NCBI GenBank assembly: GCA_025782575.1
Contig: JALGYY010000047.1
Coordinates: 14,139-78,138, forward strand
Direction of reading: 5' to 3'
DNA length: 64,000 bases
DNA from: a bacterium
Lineage (GTDB): Bacteria; Orphanbacterota; Orphanbacteria; Orphanbacterales; Orphanbacteraceae
Shown here: positions 46,907 to 55,482 of the stretch, in pieces
Layout of the letters: each line of letters begins with the position of its first letter
Numbering within the stretch: the stretch's first letter is position 1
Position numbers and translations under genes: made by a program
Notes under the pieces: generated by a model
The model's database searches: none
Told to the model about the DNA's origin: nothing
The model's input: only the letters and a program-made list of their open reading frames with translations

Positions 46907-47956
46907 TTACCGCCAGTTCTCCGGCAGTTCGACGACGAATGCCACACCTGTCTCGTCTGCATCGGCCTCATGGACGAGCACGAGGGAGCGCCCCGCTTCG
47001 AACCAATCCATCCCTTCCCAGTTCTCGCCCGCCAGTTCGGGGGGAAAGACTTTGTCCAGGTCGAGAGGCTTGCCTACCGGCCGGCCTTCGCGATCGAACT
47101 GTTGCAGCCACTTGAAGCAGTACCGAATCGGTCGGCTTTCGCTGTCGGATCCACAATCTTCGGGCGAGCCGGGGGCCGGCGGCAGGGAATAGCCGGAGCT
47201 CAAGAGGACGATGAAGCCCCAGGATTCGCTATCCCCGGAGTTAATTTCGTGCCATACGAAATCAGGTGCTCGGAAGCGTTGAGCCTGAGGCTCTTCACCT
47301 GGGGGGTTCGGTACGCGGAGCCGGATCTCGTCATGTGTACCGGGGCGGAACACCCCCTGCCCGACAACGTCCGGATCGAGATCGTGAACCACGATGACAG
47401 GAGAGAGAGACGTCCTGCCCACATCGTCACGAATCTCCCCGGGCACCATGCCGAAGACCGGGTAACCGCCTTCCCAAAGCACCGCTACGCGGGAGTGTCC
47501 GTTCAGCATCTCTCTGACCGCTACGCCTTCGAGGCCACGATTGCCAAAGTCACTCAGCTTTCCGTGGTATTCGGAGACGACTCCCTCTTCCGCAAAGAGA
47601 CCGCGAAGTCGCTCGGACAGAATGACGACTCTGCCATCGGCGAGCACTTCGATGGACTCCTGATCAATCGCGAGGTGAACATCGCGCCACACCACTTTTT
47701 CAAGTGACTCAGGGGTGAGCCGGTAAGCCGGGCCTTCCTCTTCGGGAAGAGTGTACAGATAGTATGTCCCGGCATCTTCATCGCCGACGATCAGTAACTG
47801 ATTCCCCCGGCGGACAACCCCCGAAGCTTCCTGAATGCCTGTAAGAGTCGGTTCGGCACGGGATACCGTTCCTCCCGACCGTGCTCCACAGCCGGTGAAA
47901 ACGACGAAGAGCATGGCTGCCGACAGTGCCTTCATAAGTATGGTGGCGTTTGTCAT
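46907..47956 (-). CDS. Hypothetical lipoprotein
   Basis: Lipobox LFVVFTGC. No recognised catalytic motif. Confidence 0.45.
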   Translation of the reverse strand: MTNATILMKALSAAMLFVVFTGCGARSGGTVSRAEPTLTGIQEASGVVRRGNQLLIVGDEDAGTYYLYTLPEEEGPAYRLTPESLEKVVWRDVHLAIDQESIEVLADGRVVILSERLRGLFAEEGVVSEYHGKLSDFGNRGLEGVAVREMLNGHSRVAVLWEGGYPVFGMVPGEIRDDVGRTSLSPVIVVHDLDPDVVGQGVFRPGTHDEIRLRVPNPPGEEPQAQRFRAPDFVWHEINSGDSESWGFIVLLSSGYSLPPAPGSPEDCGSDSESRPIRYCFKWLQQFDREGRPVGKPLDLDKVFPPELAGENWEGMDWFEAGRSLVLVHEADADETGVAFVVELPENWR

Positions 47957-48055
47957 GATCCCTTTTCAACTTGGAACGAGAACCGTTCAGAGTCAGTTTC
48001 ATACAGCAGGAAAGCGTTGTCAAAGGAGAAGGACTTTCACACCAAGCCTTCATCC

Positions 48056-48066
48056 TGTGGTAAAAT
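48056..48066 (+). promoter_or_regulatory. Candidate extended -10 promoter element (TGgTAAAAT) upstream of S8 protease gene
   Basis: tgtggtaaaat lies 72 nt upstream of ATG 48138. No convincing -35. Confidence 0.25.
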
Positions 48067-48137
48067 ATGGGCCAGCCCATCCCCCAAGGCAGACAGTCTC
48101 CCGGATAACCAATTTGACCCTATGAAGGAGTCTATCC

Positions 48138-49943
48138 ATGCGTCTCCGTTTGAAGAGTTCAGCTGGACACCTGACGACAATTGCTCTCGGATTTCTGTTC
48201 CTGCTTGCCTGGGGCGGTTCGGCCGCGGCCGGCACCGATGCTTGGCGGGACAAGATCCAGGCGGGCCTCCTGGAAGAGGCTACGACTCTGGAGACCGAGT
48301 TTCTCGTCTTTCTCGGCGAGCAGGCTGATCTTTCGGCGGCGGCCCTGATGGGGACGAAATTAGAGAAAGGTCGCTACGTTTTCGAAACGCTGAGCCGTAC
48401 GGCCGATCTTACACAGGCCTCTCTTCTGAATGTACTCGAGGGGGAAGGGGTGCCACATCGACCCTACTGGGTGGCCAATATGGTCTGGGTCAAAGGGGAC
48501 GCTACGCTCGTAGAACGAATGGCGGAGCGAGCGGATGTGCGGGGCGTTTACGCGAATCCGATCGTCCAGTTTGAACAGCCTGTGGCGATCGAGGCGGGCG
48601 CACCGAAGGTGGCGGGAATCGAATGGAACATCTCCCAGGTGAACGGCCCGAACGTCTGGGCCATGGGGAACACCGGACAGGGGACGGTGGTCGGGGGAAT
48701 CGACACGGGCTATGACTGGGATCACCCGGCCGTTATCGATCAGTATCGTGGTTGGGACGGTGTCTCGGCCGATCATAATTACAATTGGCACGACGCGATT
48801 CACTCGGGGAGCGGCGGGTCGTGCGGGCTTGACTCGGCTGTTCCTTGCGATGACCACGGACATGGTACTCACACGATGGGGACCATGGTGGGAGATGACG
48901 GCGGCAGCAATCAGATCGGCCTCGCTCCGGGCGCGAAGTGGGTCGGTTGCCGTTGCATGGATGTGGGCTTCGGTACGCCTGCGCGCTACACGGAGTGTCT
49001 CGAGTGGATGATCGCCCCCACCGATCTGAACGACATGTTCCCCGACCCGTCGAAAGCACCCGACGTGATCAATAATTCGTGGAGCTGCCCCCCTAGCGAG
49101 GGGTGCACCGATCCACTCGTCATGCAGACAGTGGTTGAGAATGTGAAGGCGGCGGGAATCGTCGTTGTAGTGAGTGCGGGGAATTCGGGATCGGCTTGCA
49201 GCACGGTCGAAGATCCGATCGCTATTTATGAAGCATCGTTTTCAGTCGGTGCGACTGACGACAATGACGACATTGCAGGCTTCAGCAGCCGCGGTCCTGT
49301 CACTTCGGACGGCAGCAATCGTATGAAACCTCAGGTGAGCGCGCCGGGAGTGATCGTCCGTTCCTGCGTTCCGGGTACCGGTTATACCAGCCTGAGCGGG
49401 ACGAGCATGGCAGGGCCACACGTGGCCGCGGCGGCTGCGCTTGTGATCGCCGCGAATCCCGTTCTCCAGGGGCAGGTCGACAATGTCGAAAGCATTCTCG
49501 AGCAGACGGCGCTTGCCCGTACCACTACCCAGACTTGTGGCGGTGTTCCGGGAACGAGCATTCCGAATAACACATACGGCTGGGGGCGGATTGACGCGCT
49601 GGCCGCTGTAAATGAAGCAATCAGCCAGGCGGTTTCGGTGGATGGCGCAAACGCCGTTCCCGCCCGCTATTCTCTCTCCGCAGCCATGCCGAATCCCTTC
49701 AACCCGCGCACTACCATTCGATTCGACATCCCGGAGCGTAGCGATGTTTCGATCCGTGTGTTTGATGTGGTCGGCCGTGAAGTGCGCCCCCTGATCAGCA
49801 GAACGAACCTCGAGGCAGGTCGGCACTCCGTCGATTGGAACGGTCTCGACAGTCGTGGCGACGACGTACCGTCAGGCATCTACTTCTATCGCATGAACGC
49901 CGGCGAATTCCAGTCGACCGGCCGGATGGTTCTGGTTCGGTGA
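48138..49943 (+). CDS. Subtilisin-like serine peptidase (S8) with C-terminal T9SS sorting domain
   Basis: Catalytic triad motifs VVGGIDTGYDWDHPA (D), HGTHTMGTMVG (H), GTSMAGPHVAAAAAL (S). C-terminal ...SGIYFYRMNAGEFQSTGRMVLVR is a T9SS CTD. Confidence 0.85.
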   Translation: MRLRLKSSAGHLTTIALGFLFLLAWGGSAAAGTDAWRDKIQAGLLEEATTLETEFLVFLGEQADLSAAALMGTKLEKGRYVFETLSRTADLTQASLLNVLEGEGVPHRPYWVANMVWVKGDATLVERMAERADVRGVYANPIVQFEQPVAIEAGAPKVAGIEWNISQVNGPNVWAMGNTGQGTVVGGIDTGYDWDHPAVIDQYRGWDGVSADHNYNWHDAIHSGSGGSCGLDSAVPCDDHGHGTHTMGTMVGDDGGSNQIGLAPGAKWVGCRCMDVGFGTPARYTECLEWMIAPTDLNDMFPDPSKAPDVINNSWSCPPSEGCTDPLVMQTVVENVKAAGIVVVVSAGNSGSACSTVEDPIAIYEASFSVGATDDNDDIAGFSSRGPVTSDGSNRMKPQVSAPGVIVRSCVPGTGYTSLSGTSMAGPHVAAAAALVIAANPVLQGQVDNVESILEQTALARTTTQTCGGVPGTSIPNNTYGWGRIDALAAVNEAISQAVSVDGANAVPARYSLSAAMPNPFNPRTTIRFDIPERSDVSIRVFDVVGREVRPLISRTNLEAGRHSVDWNGLDSRGDDVPSGIYFYRMNAGEFQSTGRMVLVR

Positions 49944-50054
49944 TACGGGACGGCCGGCCAAGCCATTCTTCTTATCGAGTCCGGCGCGCTTTCACCACCA
50001 TTGAAAAGCCGCGGCTGTTCCGGTATTCTAAGCCGGTTAGACGAATTGTCACGA

Positions 50055-50205
50055 CTCGGTGGTCAACCGGAAGCCGGTGAGAATCCGGCGCGGCCCCGCC
50101 ACTGTATGCGGTGACGAAACCCGAAACGAACCACTGGAAGCCGCCCGCCGGCGACCGGGAAGGATCGGGGAGTAGGGAGACCCGCAAGCCAGGAGACCGA
50201 CCCCT
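50055..50205 (+). promoter_or_regulatory. Cobalamin (B12) riboswitch
   Basis: cGGUGgucAAccGGAAgccGGUGagAAUCCggcGCgGcCCCGCcACUGU matches the B12-element core (GGUG..AAnGGGAA..GGUGnAAnUCC...GCnGnCCCGCnACUGU, with the B12 box GCCACUG at 50098-50104). The 3' conserved AGCCAGGAGACC is at 50188-50199. It lies 170 nt upstream of ATG 50373, which has an AGGAGG RBS. Confidence 0.6.
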
Positions 50206-50372
50206 GAGTCCGGAAGCCGGAGTGAACGATCGCTTCAGGGCTTCCATTCTTCCCAGCCTTCGTGGGCAAGGACTTGGGGATCGGCCGCCGTGTTTCGATT
50301 TCTACAGAGCGACCGCACCTCTTTTCGTTGCCTCCCGGTTGGGTTTCATAGCCCTGTTCCCAGGAGGTTATC

Positions 50373-51191
50373 ATGCTGAACATTTATTGGCGCCAAGCGT
50401 GTCGGACATTACCGGTGGCGATGGCACTGTCTGTTTCATTACTAGCGGTTTCACAGGCACATGCCGGCTTCCCCGACACGGGCCAGCAGAATCTGGAAGT
50501 CGATCGCTCGGACGGAAGCATTATTGCCTGGGCTTCCGGCGTGGCCGGGTTCGATCGAGGGCCGGTCGACTACCAGAACCCGGGGCTCGGTGATGCGTCG
50601 TTCGGTACGGATACCGACCCTCTCGGATCGTCAGGCACCCCGTTCAGCCTGGGGGACGGCGGATGGATCACGTTCACATTCGACGCGCCCATACTGAACG
50701 GTGCCGGGGCGGACTTCGTCGTGTTCGAAAACGCTTTCGAGTTCGGCGGACTGGTATTCATGGAACTCGGCTTTGTCGAAGTGAGCAGCGACGGTGCCCT
50801 GTTCTCGCGCATGCCGGCGCTCTCCAGAAAAGCAGCCCCCACAGGTCCGTTCGACGGCTCCGATCCTGCCGACTTCTATAACCTGGCTGGAAACTTTGTG
50901 GGTGGGACGGCGTTCGACCTGGAAGATCTGATTACGGCAGGTGATCCGAATGTTGTCGGCGGCCAGGTTGATCTGACAGCAATTACGCATATACGCGTAG
51001 TCGATGGGGTGGGAGACATCGTCGGTCCGGGCGCGACAACCGACTGCCTGAACCGGCCGGTGTCCGACGCCTACCCGACCGCGTTCGCGAGCGGTGGGTT
51101 CGACGCTACCGGGGTGGGCGTGATTCACTCCGTCCCGAGCACGTCTACAGAATCTGTCAGCTGGGGGGATGTGAAGAGCATTTTCCGCTAA
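50373..51191 (+). CDS. Secreted hypothetical protein (putatively B12-riboswitch controlled)
   Basis: AGGAGG RBS. Signal peptide with AHA-G cleavage (VAMALSVSLLAVSQAHA). Gly/Asp-rich beta-type sequence with no recognised domain. Monocistronic; the next gene is convergent. Confidence 0.5.
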   Translation: MLNIYWRQACRTLPVAMALSVSLLAVSQAHAGFPDTGQQNLEVDRSDGSIIAWASGVAGFDRGPVDYQNPGLGDASFGTDTDPLGSSGTPFSLGDGGWITFTFDAPILNGAGADFVVFENAFEFGGLVFMELGFVEVSSDGALFSRMPALSRKAAPTGPFDGSDPADFYNLAGNFVGGTAFDLEDLITAGDPNVVGGQVDLTAITHIRVVDGVGDIVGPGATTDCLNRPVSDAYPTAFASGGFDATGVGVIHSVPSTSTESVSWGDVKSIFR

Positions 51192-51250
51192 GCAGAACGG
51201 AAGGTTCCGGTGAGGGGGCGGCGCGAGCGGCCGTCTCCCTGTCGGACCTG

Positions 51251-51793
51251 CTACAAGTCGGCTTCGAGCAACTCGAACGCACGCTGGGCGCCGCTTGCCA
51301 CCCTGTATAGCTCCTCAGCGTGTTGGGGTGCAAACCGTTCTGCGAAGATGTGGTCGAAATAGCGTAGAAGTGGATCGAAGTACCCGTCGGTATTCAGCAG
51401 CACGACCGGCTTGTCATGAAGTCCGAGCTGGCGAAGAGTAATCTCCTCGACCACCTCCTCGAGCGTGCCGAATCCGCCGGGAAGTGCGAGAAAGGCGTCC
51501 GCCCGTTCTTCCATTATTTTTTTTCGATCCCGGAGATTACTCGTTACGATCAATTCGTCCGCATCGGTGTAAGCGAGTTCCCTGTCGCGCAGCGCTTCGG
51601 GTATAACTCCGACGACCTTCCCGCCGTGCTCGTGGCTCGTACGAGCCAGAACGCCCATGAGACCAACGTTCGCGCCTCCGTAAATAAGCGTGTAGCCCCG
51701 TGATGCCATCACGGCCCCCACCTGGCGTGCGGATTCATAGAATATCCGGCGTGCCGAATCACTCGACGCACAGTAAACGCAGATCGATTTCAT
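51251..51793 (-). CDS. LOG family protein (TIGR00730; cytokinin riboside 5'-monophosphate phosphoribohydrolase-like)
   Basis: MKSICVYCASS N-terminus, GGANVGLMG, and PGGFGTLEE, which are LOG-family signatures. Confidence 0.8.
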   Translation of the reverse strand: MKSICVYCASSDSARRIFYESARQVGAVMASRGYTLIYGGANVGLMGVLARTSHEHGGKVVGVIPEALRDRELAYTDADELIVTSNLRDRKKIMEERADAFLALPGGFGTLEEVVEEITLRQLGLHDKPVVLLNTDGYFDPLLRYFDHIFAERFAPQHAEELYRVASGAQRAFELLEADL

Positions 51794-51849
51794 GTAGAGA
51801 GAGTAAACTCTGGACACGGTCGGCGCAAGTCAGTGGCGCAGAAAACGGT

Positions 51850-52329
51850 TCAGCCCCCGCCTTTCATTTTGGCCATGAAATCCTCGGCCCGTTTGGCGAT
51901 CTCCCCGTCGGTCAGATCTTCCTTTTTCGTGGCGAACGACCAGATATGACCGAATGGGTCCTTTATCATGCCGTAGCGGTCGCCCCAGAACGCGTTTTCG
52001 AGGGGGTAGCGAACTGTGGCGCCCGCCTCGATCGCCCCGTTGAACATGGCGTCGCAATCTTCCGTGTAGACGTGGACGTTACAGGTCGTCCCTCCAACGG
52101 TAGCGGGAGACTGGCATCCCTCTTCCATACCGGGAAACTCGCCCGAAATCATTACGATCGAGTTGCCGATTCTGATCTGACCGTGCATGAGGGTGCCGCC
52201 GGGACCGGGCATGCGCATGACTTCTTCCGCGCCGAGTGCCTTCATGTACCAGTCCATCCCCGCGTTGCCGTCTTCCACGACAATATGCGCAGAAACGGAA
52301 TTAAAACCGTCCGGGATCGCTTTCGGCAT
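51850..52329 (-). CDS. VOC (glyoxalase/bleomycin-resistance fold) family protein, PhnB-like
   Basis: Two beta-alpha-beta-beta-beta modules with the PhnB-like pattern (HIVVEDGNAGMDWY...MHGQIRIGNSIVMISGEFPG, ...GDRYGMIKDPFGHIW). Confidence 0.65.
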   Translation of the reverse strand: MPKAIPDGFNSVSAHIVVEDGNAGMDWYMKALGAEEVMRMPGPGGTLMHGQIRIGNSIVMISGEFPGMEEGCQSPATVGGTTCNVHVYTEDCDAMFNGAIEAGATVRYPLENAFWGDRYGMIKDPFGHIWSFATKKEDLTDGEIAKRAEDFMAKMKGGG

Positions 52330-52341
52330 GTCATTTCCCTT

Positions 52342-52905
52342 TCAAGGTTTCGTTGGTCGGGAGGTCAGGTGTTGGCCACCTTCCACCCAGGGTTTGAGCC
52401 GGCCGATGAGAAAGTGCCTCCACACGTCTTCAACCACTCCCGCCGTTTTCTCGTCTATCTGGCCTGATATGTTCCCTTCAAAATGAAGAACCGTGCTGTC
52501 TCCATCAGCTTCAAACTCCAATGTCATAACGAAGTCGATCGCCTGACCGGTCAATCCGAGCGGGCCGTGCATGCGAAGCATTTTGCCTCGATCGGCAATG
52601 ATCACATCGGCATGTATCGCGCCGTTACCATCTTCGTCGAAGATCTCGATGAAGTGACCGCCCGGCTTCGGCTCGATCACGAGCTTGACCGGCTTTTCCG
52701 AATGGTGATGGTCCCACCAGCCACTGACGTCGCCGGTAGCGGCGTCAAAGATCTCGGTCGGCTCACCTGGGAAGTTTACGTCGAAGCCGATAGCATAACC
52801 CCAGTCGTGCACGACCACATCGGCTGTGGCGGGGCGGACAAACGGGCATGATGCAATAGCGAGGAACAGCAAGAGACTACCTGAATACGAAAGAGTTCTG
52901 GTCAT
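52342..52905 (-). CDS. SRPBCC-fold (AHSA1/polyketide-cyclase-like) secreted protein
   Basis: Signal peptide LLLFLAIASCPFVRPATA. About 160-aa helix-grip-like domain. Weak call. Confidence 0.5.
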   Translation of the reverse strand: MTRTLSYSGSLLLFLAIASCPFVRPATADVVVHDWGYAIGFDVNFPGEPTEIFDAATGDVSGWWDHHHSEKPVKLVIEPKPGGHFIEIFDEDGNGAIHADVIIADRGKMLRMHGPLGLTGQAIDFVMTLEFEADGDSTVLHFEGNISGQIDEKTAGVVEDVWRHFLIGRLKPWVEGGQHLTSRPTKP

Positions 52906-52982
52906 CTCGATGGAAACCCTCCTCGTTACCGGTGTGACAAGTCAAAAGCGTCGAAGCATCAGGGAGTGGGCAAGCCTGTCGT

Positions 52983-53669
52983 TCAGCAAGTTCCTTCGTT
53001 TACCAGCTGTGCCATCTCCATCATTGCAGCCAGATCCTGCCGCCGCCCGGTATTGGCGAAAATATTTTGCAAATTGTTGATGAGCCGAATGAGCCATTGG
53101 CGGTGCGTAGCGGGGAGAAGCAACTGATCCGTAGGGTGATACCGTTCCCCAGTACACTTCTCAATGAGCGCGAAAGCATCTTCTCGGGAGAGCAGTCGGC
53201 CCCCGTGAAACGGATCGATCATCTGCAGTCTGCCATCACAGCTTACGGCCACGAGGAAGTGGCCGGGGGCGTTGATTCCATAAGCCCGCAAGCCGAGCCG
53301 TTCAGCGATCGCCTTGTAAATGAGCGCGAGCGTGATCGGAATACCACGGCGCCTGGTAAGTACAACGGGGAGATAGCTGTTCCCGGGATCATAATAATCT
53401 CTGGTGGCGCCCCGGAACCCCTCTTCGACGAACATGATCTGATGAAGGTGGGCGAGATAGGCTCGGTCCGATCCGCTCGAAACACGATCTCGGATCCGCT
53501 GCGCGATTTTCTCCAGACGGTTCTCGATGTCGGTGAGAAGCGGGTCGCCCAGTTCATGGGCCGAGACGGCTGTGGCCGCACCAAGCAGTCCGGCGGTCGT
53601 GTCGAGTGTGGGGATGTGGTCGGCGAGCATCTCGAATGAATCGTCTCGGCAGTATGTGGGAGAATGCAT
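52983..53669 (-). CDS. Transglutaminase-like / SirB1 (UPF0162) family protein
   Basis: NSYLPVVLTRRRGIPITLALIYKAIAERLGLRAYGINAPGHFLV matches the transglutaminase-like core of the YchA/SirB1 family. Confidence 0.6.
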   Translation of the reverse strand: MHSPTYCRDDSFEMLADHIPTLDTTAGLLGAATAVSAHELGDPLLTDIENRLEKIAQRIRDRVSSGSDRAYLAHLHQIMFVEEGFRGATRDYYDPGNSYLPVVLTRRRGIPITLALIYKAIAERLGLRAYGINAPGHFLVAVSCDGRLQMIDPFHGGRLLSREDAFALIEKCTGERYHPTDQLLLPATHRQWLIRLINNLQNIFANTGRRQDLAAMMEMAQLVNEGTC

Positions 53670-53740
53670 AATGAAAGTATAGCGTGTTTGAAGTTCCTGT
53701 ACAACGCTCCATGCCCCCCGGCCTGCTATACTGATGACTC

Positions 53741-54487
53741 ATGAAAATCGATCCCGCCAGCCGATTCGATGGAACAGTGAAAGATTATCATCTCTACCGT
53801 GCCGGCTATCCGCCGGCACTATTCGACTGGCTGTTTCGGACCGTGACTTCGGGGCGGAAGTCGAAAATCGCCGACATCGGTTGCGGCACCGGCATATCGA
53901 CACGGGCGCTCGCTGAAGCGGGTGCAGAAGTTACGGGTGTCGACCCGAATCGGGAGATGCTCGACTGTGCGCGGTCCATCGGGGGGGGCGCAAAATACCG
54001 GGAGGGGATGGCGAACGACACCGGCCTTACAGGCCGCGCGTTCGATCTTGTGACCGCAGCTCAGTCCTTCCACTGGTTCGATCCCGACACCTGCCTGCCC
54101 GAATTCAGGCGGATTCTACGATCAGGTGGCGCGGTCGCTGCGTTCTGGAACTGCCAGGAGAATTCACCGTTCCTGGCTGATTACGATCAGATGCTTCGCG
54201 AGCATTGCACCGAGTATAGGGGCTCGTCGAACTGGTCAGCCACGATCGAGAGGATCAGGGCCTCATCCAGCACAGAAAACGTCCGTGAAGCTGCCTTTCC
54301 GAACAGCCAGGAGTTTGATGCAGACGGCCTCCTGGGCCGGGTCAAGTCGTGTTCGTACGTGCGGCACGGAGTGGCGAGGCCCGATCGACTCGAACAGGCG
54401 GTTAGGGGCCTGTCCTACAAACATCAGGCGGGCGGGCTCGTCCGTATGGAGTATAGAACTGCCATAATCTGCTGGAACCTGGCCTGA
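53741..54487 (+). CDS. Class I SAM-dependent methyltransferase
   Basis: Motif I ADIGCGTGISTRALAE, motif post-I VTGVDPNREML, motif II FDLVTAAQSFHWF. Confidence 0.85.
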   Translation: MKIDPASRFDGTVKDYHLYRAGYPPALFDWLFRTVTSGRKSKIADIGCGTGISTRALAEAGAEVTGVDPNREMLDCARSIGGGAKYREGMANDTGLTGRAFDLVTAAQSFHWFDPDTCLPEFRRILRSGGAVAAFWNCQENSPFLADYDQMLREHCTEYRGSSNWSATIERIRASSSTENVREAAFPNSQEFDADGLLGRVKSCSYVRHGVARPDRLEQAVRGLSYKHQAGGLVRMEYRTAIICWNLA

Positions 54488-54589
54488 ACACTCCGGAAGG
54501 GGAATATAGTATTGAACATTTCCCGGGTCGAAATCGTCTTCAAACTATGTAGTCGATAGTCTCAATATCGTAACAGGCCATTCCAATCG

Positions 54590-55450
54590 ATGAGGTGCCT
54601 CATGACACGATCACTGTTTTTCGCTGTAGTCACGTCGCTACTGCTTCTAGCCGTTCTTGGAGGGGGAGCAACCGTTCACGCCGGATGGGGCGACAAACGA
54701 TACAAATTCGACGATTCGTTCGAGGCCGATCTTGATGGAATTGAAATTATCAACCTGACGATCAAGAATGGTTCGATTCAGGTGGAAACCGTCGAGGGAA
54801 CCGGCCGGATCGAGATCGACATGAAGGAAGATGTCCGGAAGTCCTCGAGGGACGACGCGGAGAAGCTCGCCGGTCAGGTGAAGATGGAAGGGGAACGGGC
54901 GGGGAACCGTCTTTTTCTGGAACTGGACTATGGCGATCTGAGAAAAAAAGACCGCGATCGCTACTCCTGCAGTGTCGAAATCCGTCTGCCGAGCGATGTG
55001 GAGCTTCATCTGGAAACAACGAACGGCTCGATCAGAGTCGCTGAGATGGGAAAAGACATAGTAGCCACCACTACGAACGGATCGATCGAAATTGCCGGTT
55101 GCAAAGGGGAAGCCCGTCTTCGAACGACCAACGGCAGTGTGAAGGTCGGGAAGGTGGAGAAGGGGCTCGACGCCTACACGACGAACGGAAATATCAGAAT
55201 TGCCGGAGTGGGGGGCGACGTAATCGGAAGAACGACCAACGGCAGCATCACATTTCATGTGGAGTCGGAAAGCAATTTCCGGATCGAAGCCAGCACGACG
55301 AACGGCAAGGTCAAGGACAGCTTGTCGGGAGGCGTATTTACCGCGACCTATAATAAGCGCCATACCAAAATGGAAGGCGTGTACGGAAGCGCCAAGCACA
55401 AGGTTTCGCTTGAGACCACGAATGGATCAGTCAAGCTGGTTGATGCATAG
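54590..55450 (+). CDS. DUF4097-family beta-strand-repeat protein (putative adhesin), secreted
   Basis: Signal peptide. Repeated TTNGSI/TTNGNI/TTNGKV beta-strand units typical of DUF4097 (YvlB-like). Confidence 0.7.
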   Translation: MRCLMTRSLFFAVVTSLLLLAVLGGGATVHAGWGDKRYKFDDSFEADLDGIEIINLTIKNGSIQVETVEGTGRIEIDMKEDVRKSSRDDAEKLAGQVKMEGERAGNRLFLELDYGDLRKKDRDRYSCSVEIRLPSDVELHLETTNGSIRVAEMGKDIVATTTNGSIEIAGCKGEARLRTTNGSVKVGKVEKGLDAYTTNGNIRIAGVGGDVIGRTTNGSITFHVESESNFRIEASTTNGKVKDSLSGGVFTATYNKRHTKMEGVYGSAKHKVSLETTNGSVKLVDA

Positions 55451-55482
55451 ATAAGTCGGCTCGGTTGGGAGGCGAGAACAAT

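Noticed and set aside
51192-51250. Possible terminator hairpin between the riboswitch-controlled gene and the convergent LOG gene
   Set aside because: The GC-rich segment gagggggcggcgcgagcggccgtctccc is not self-complementary. No convincing stem could be drawn.
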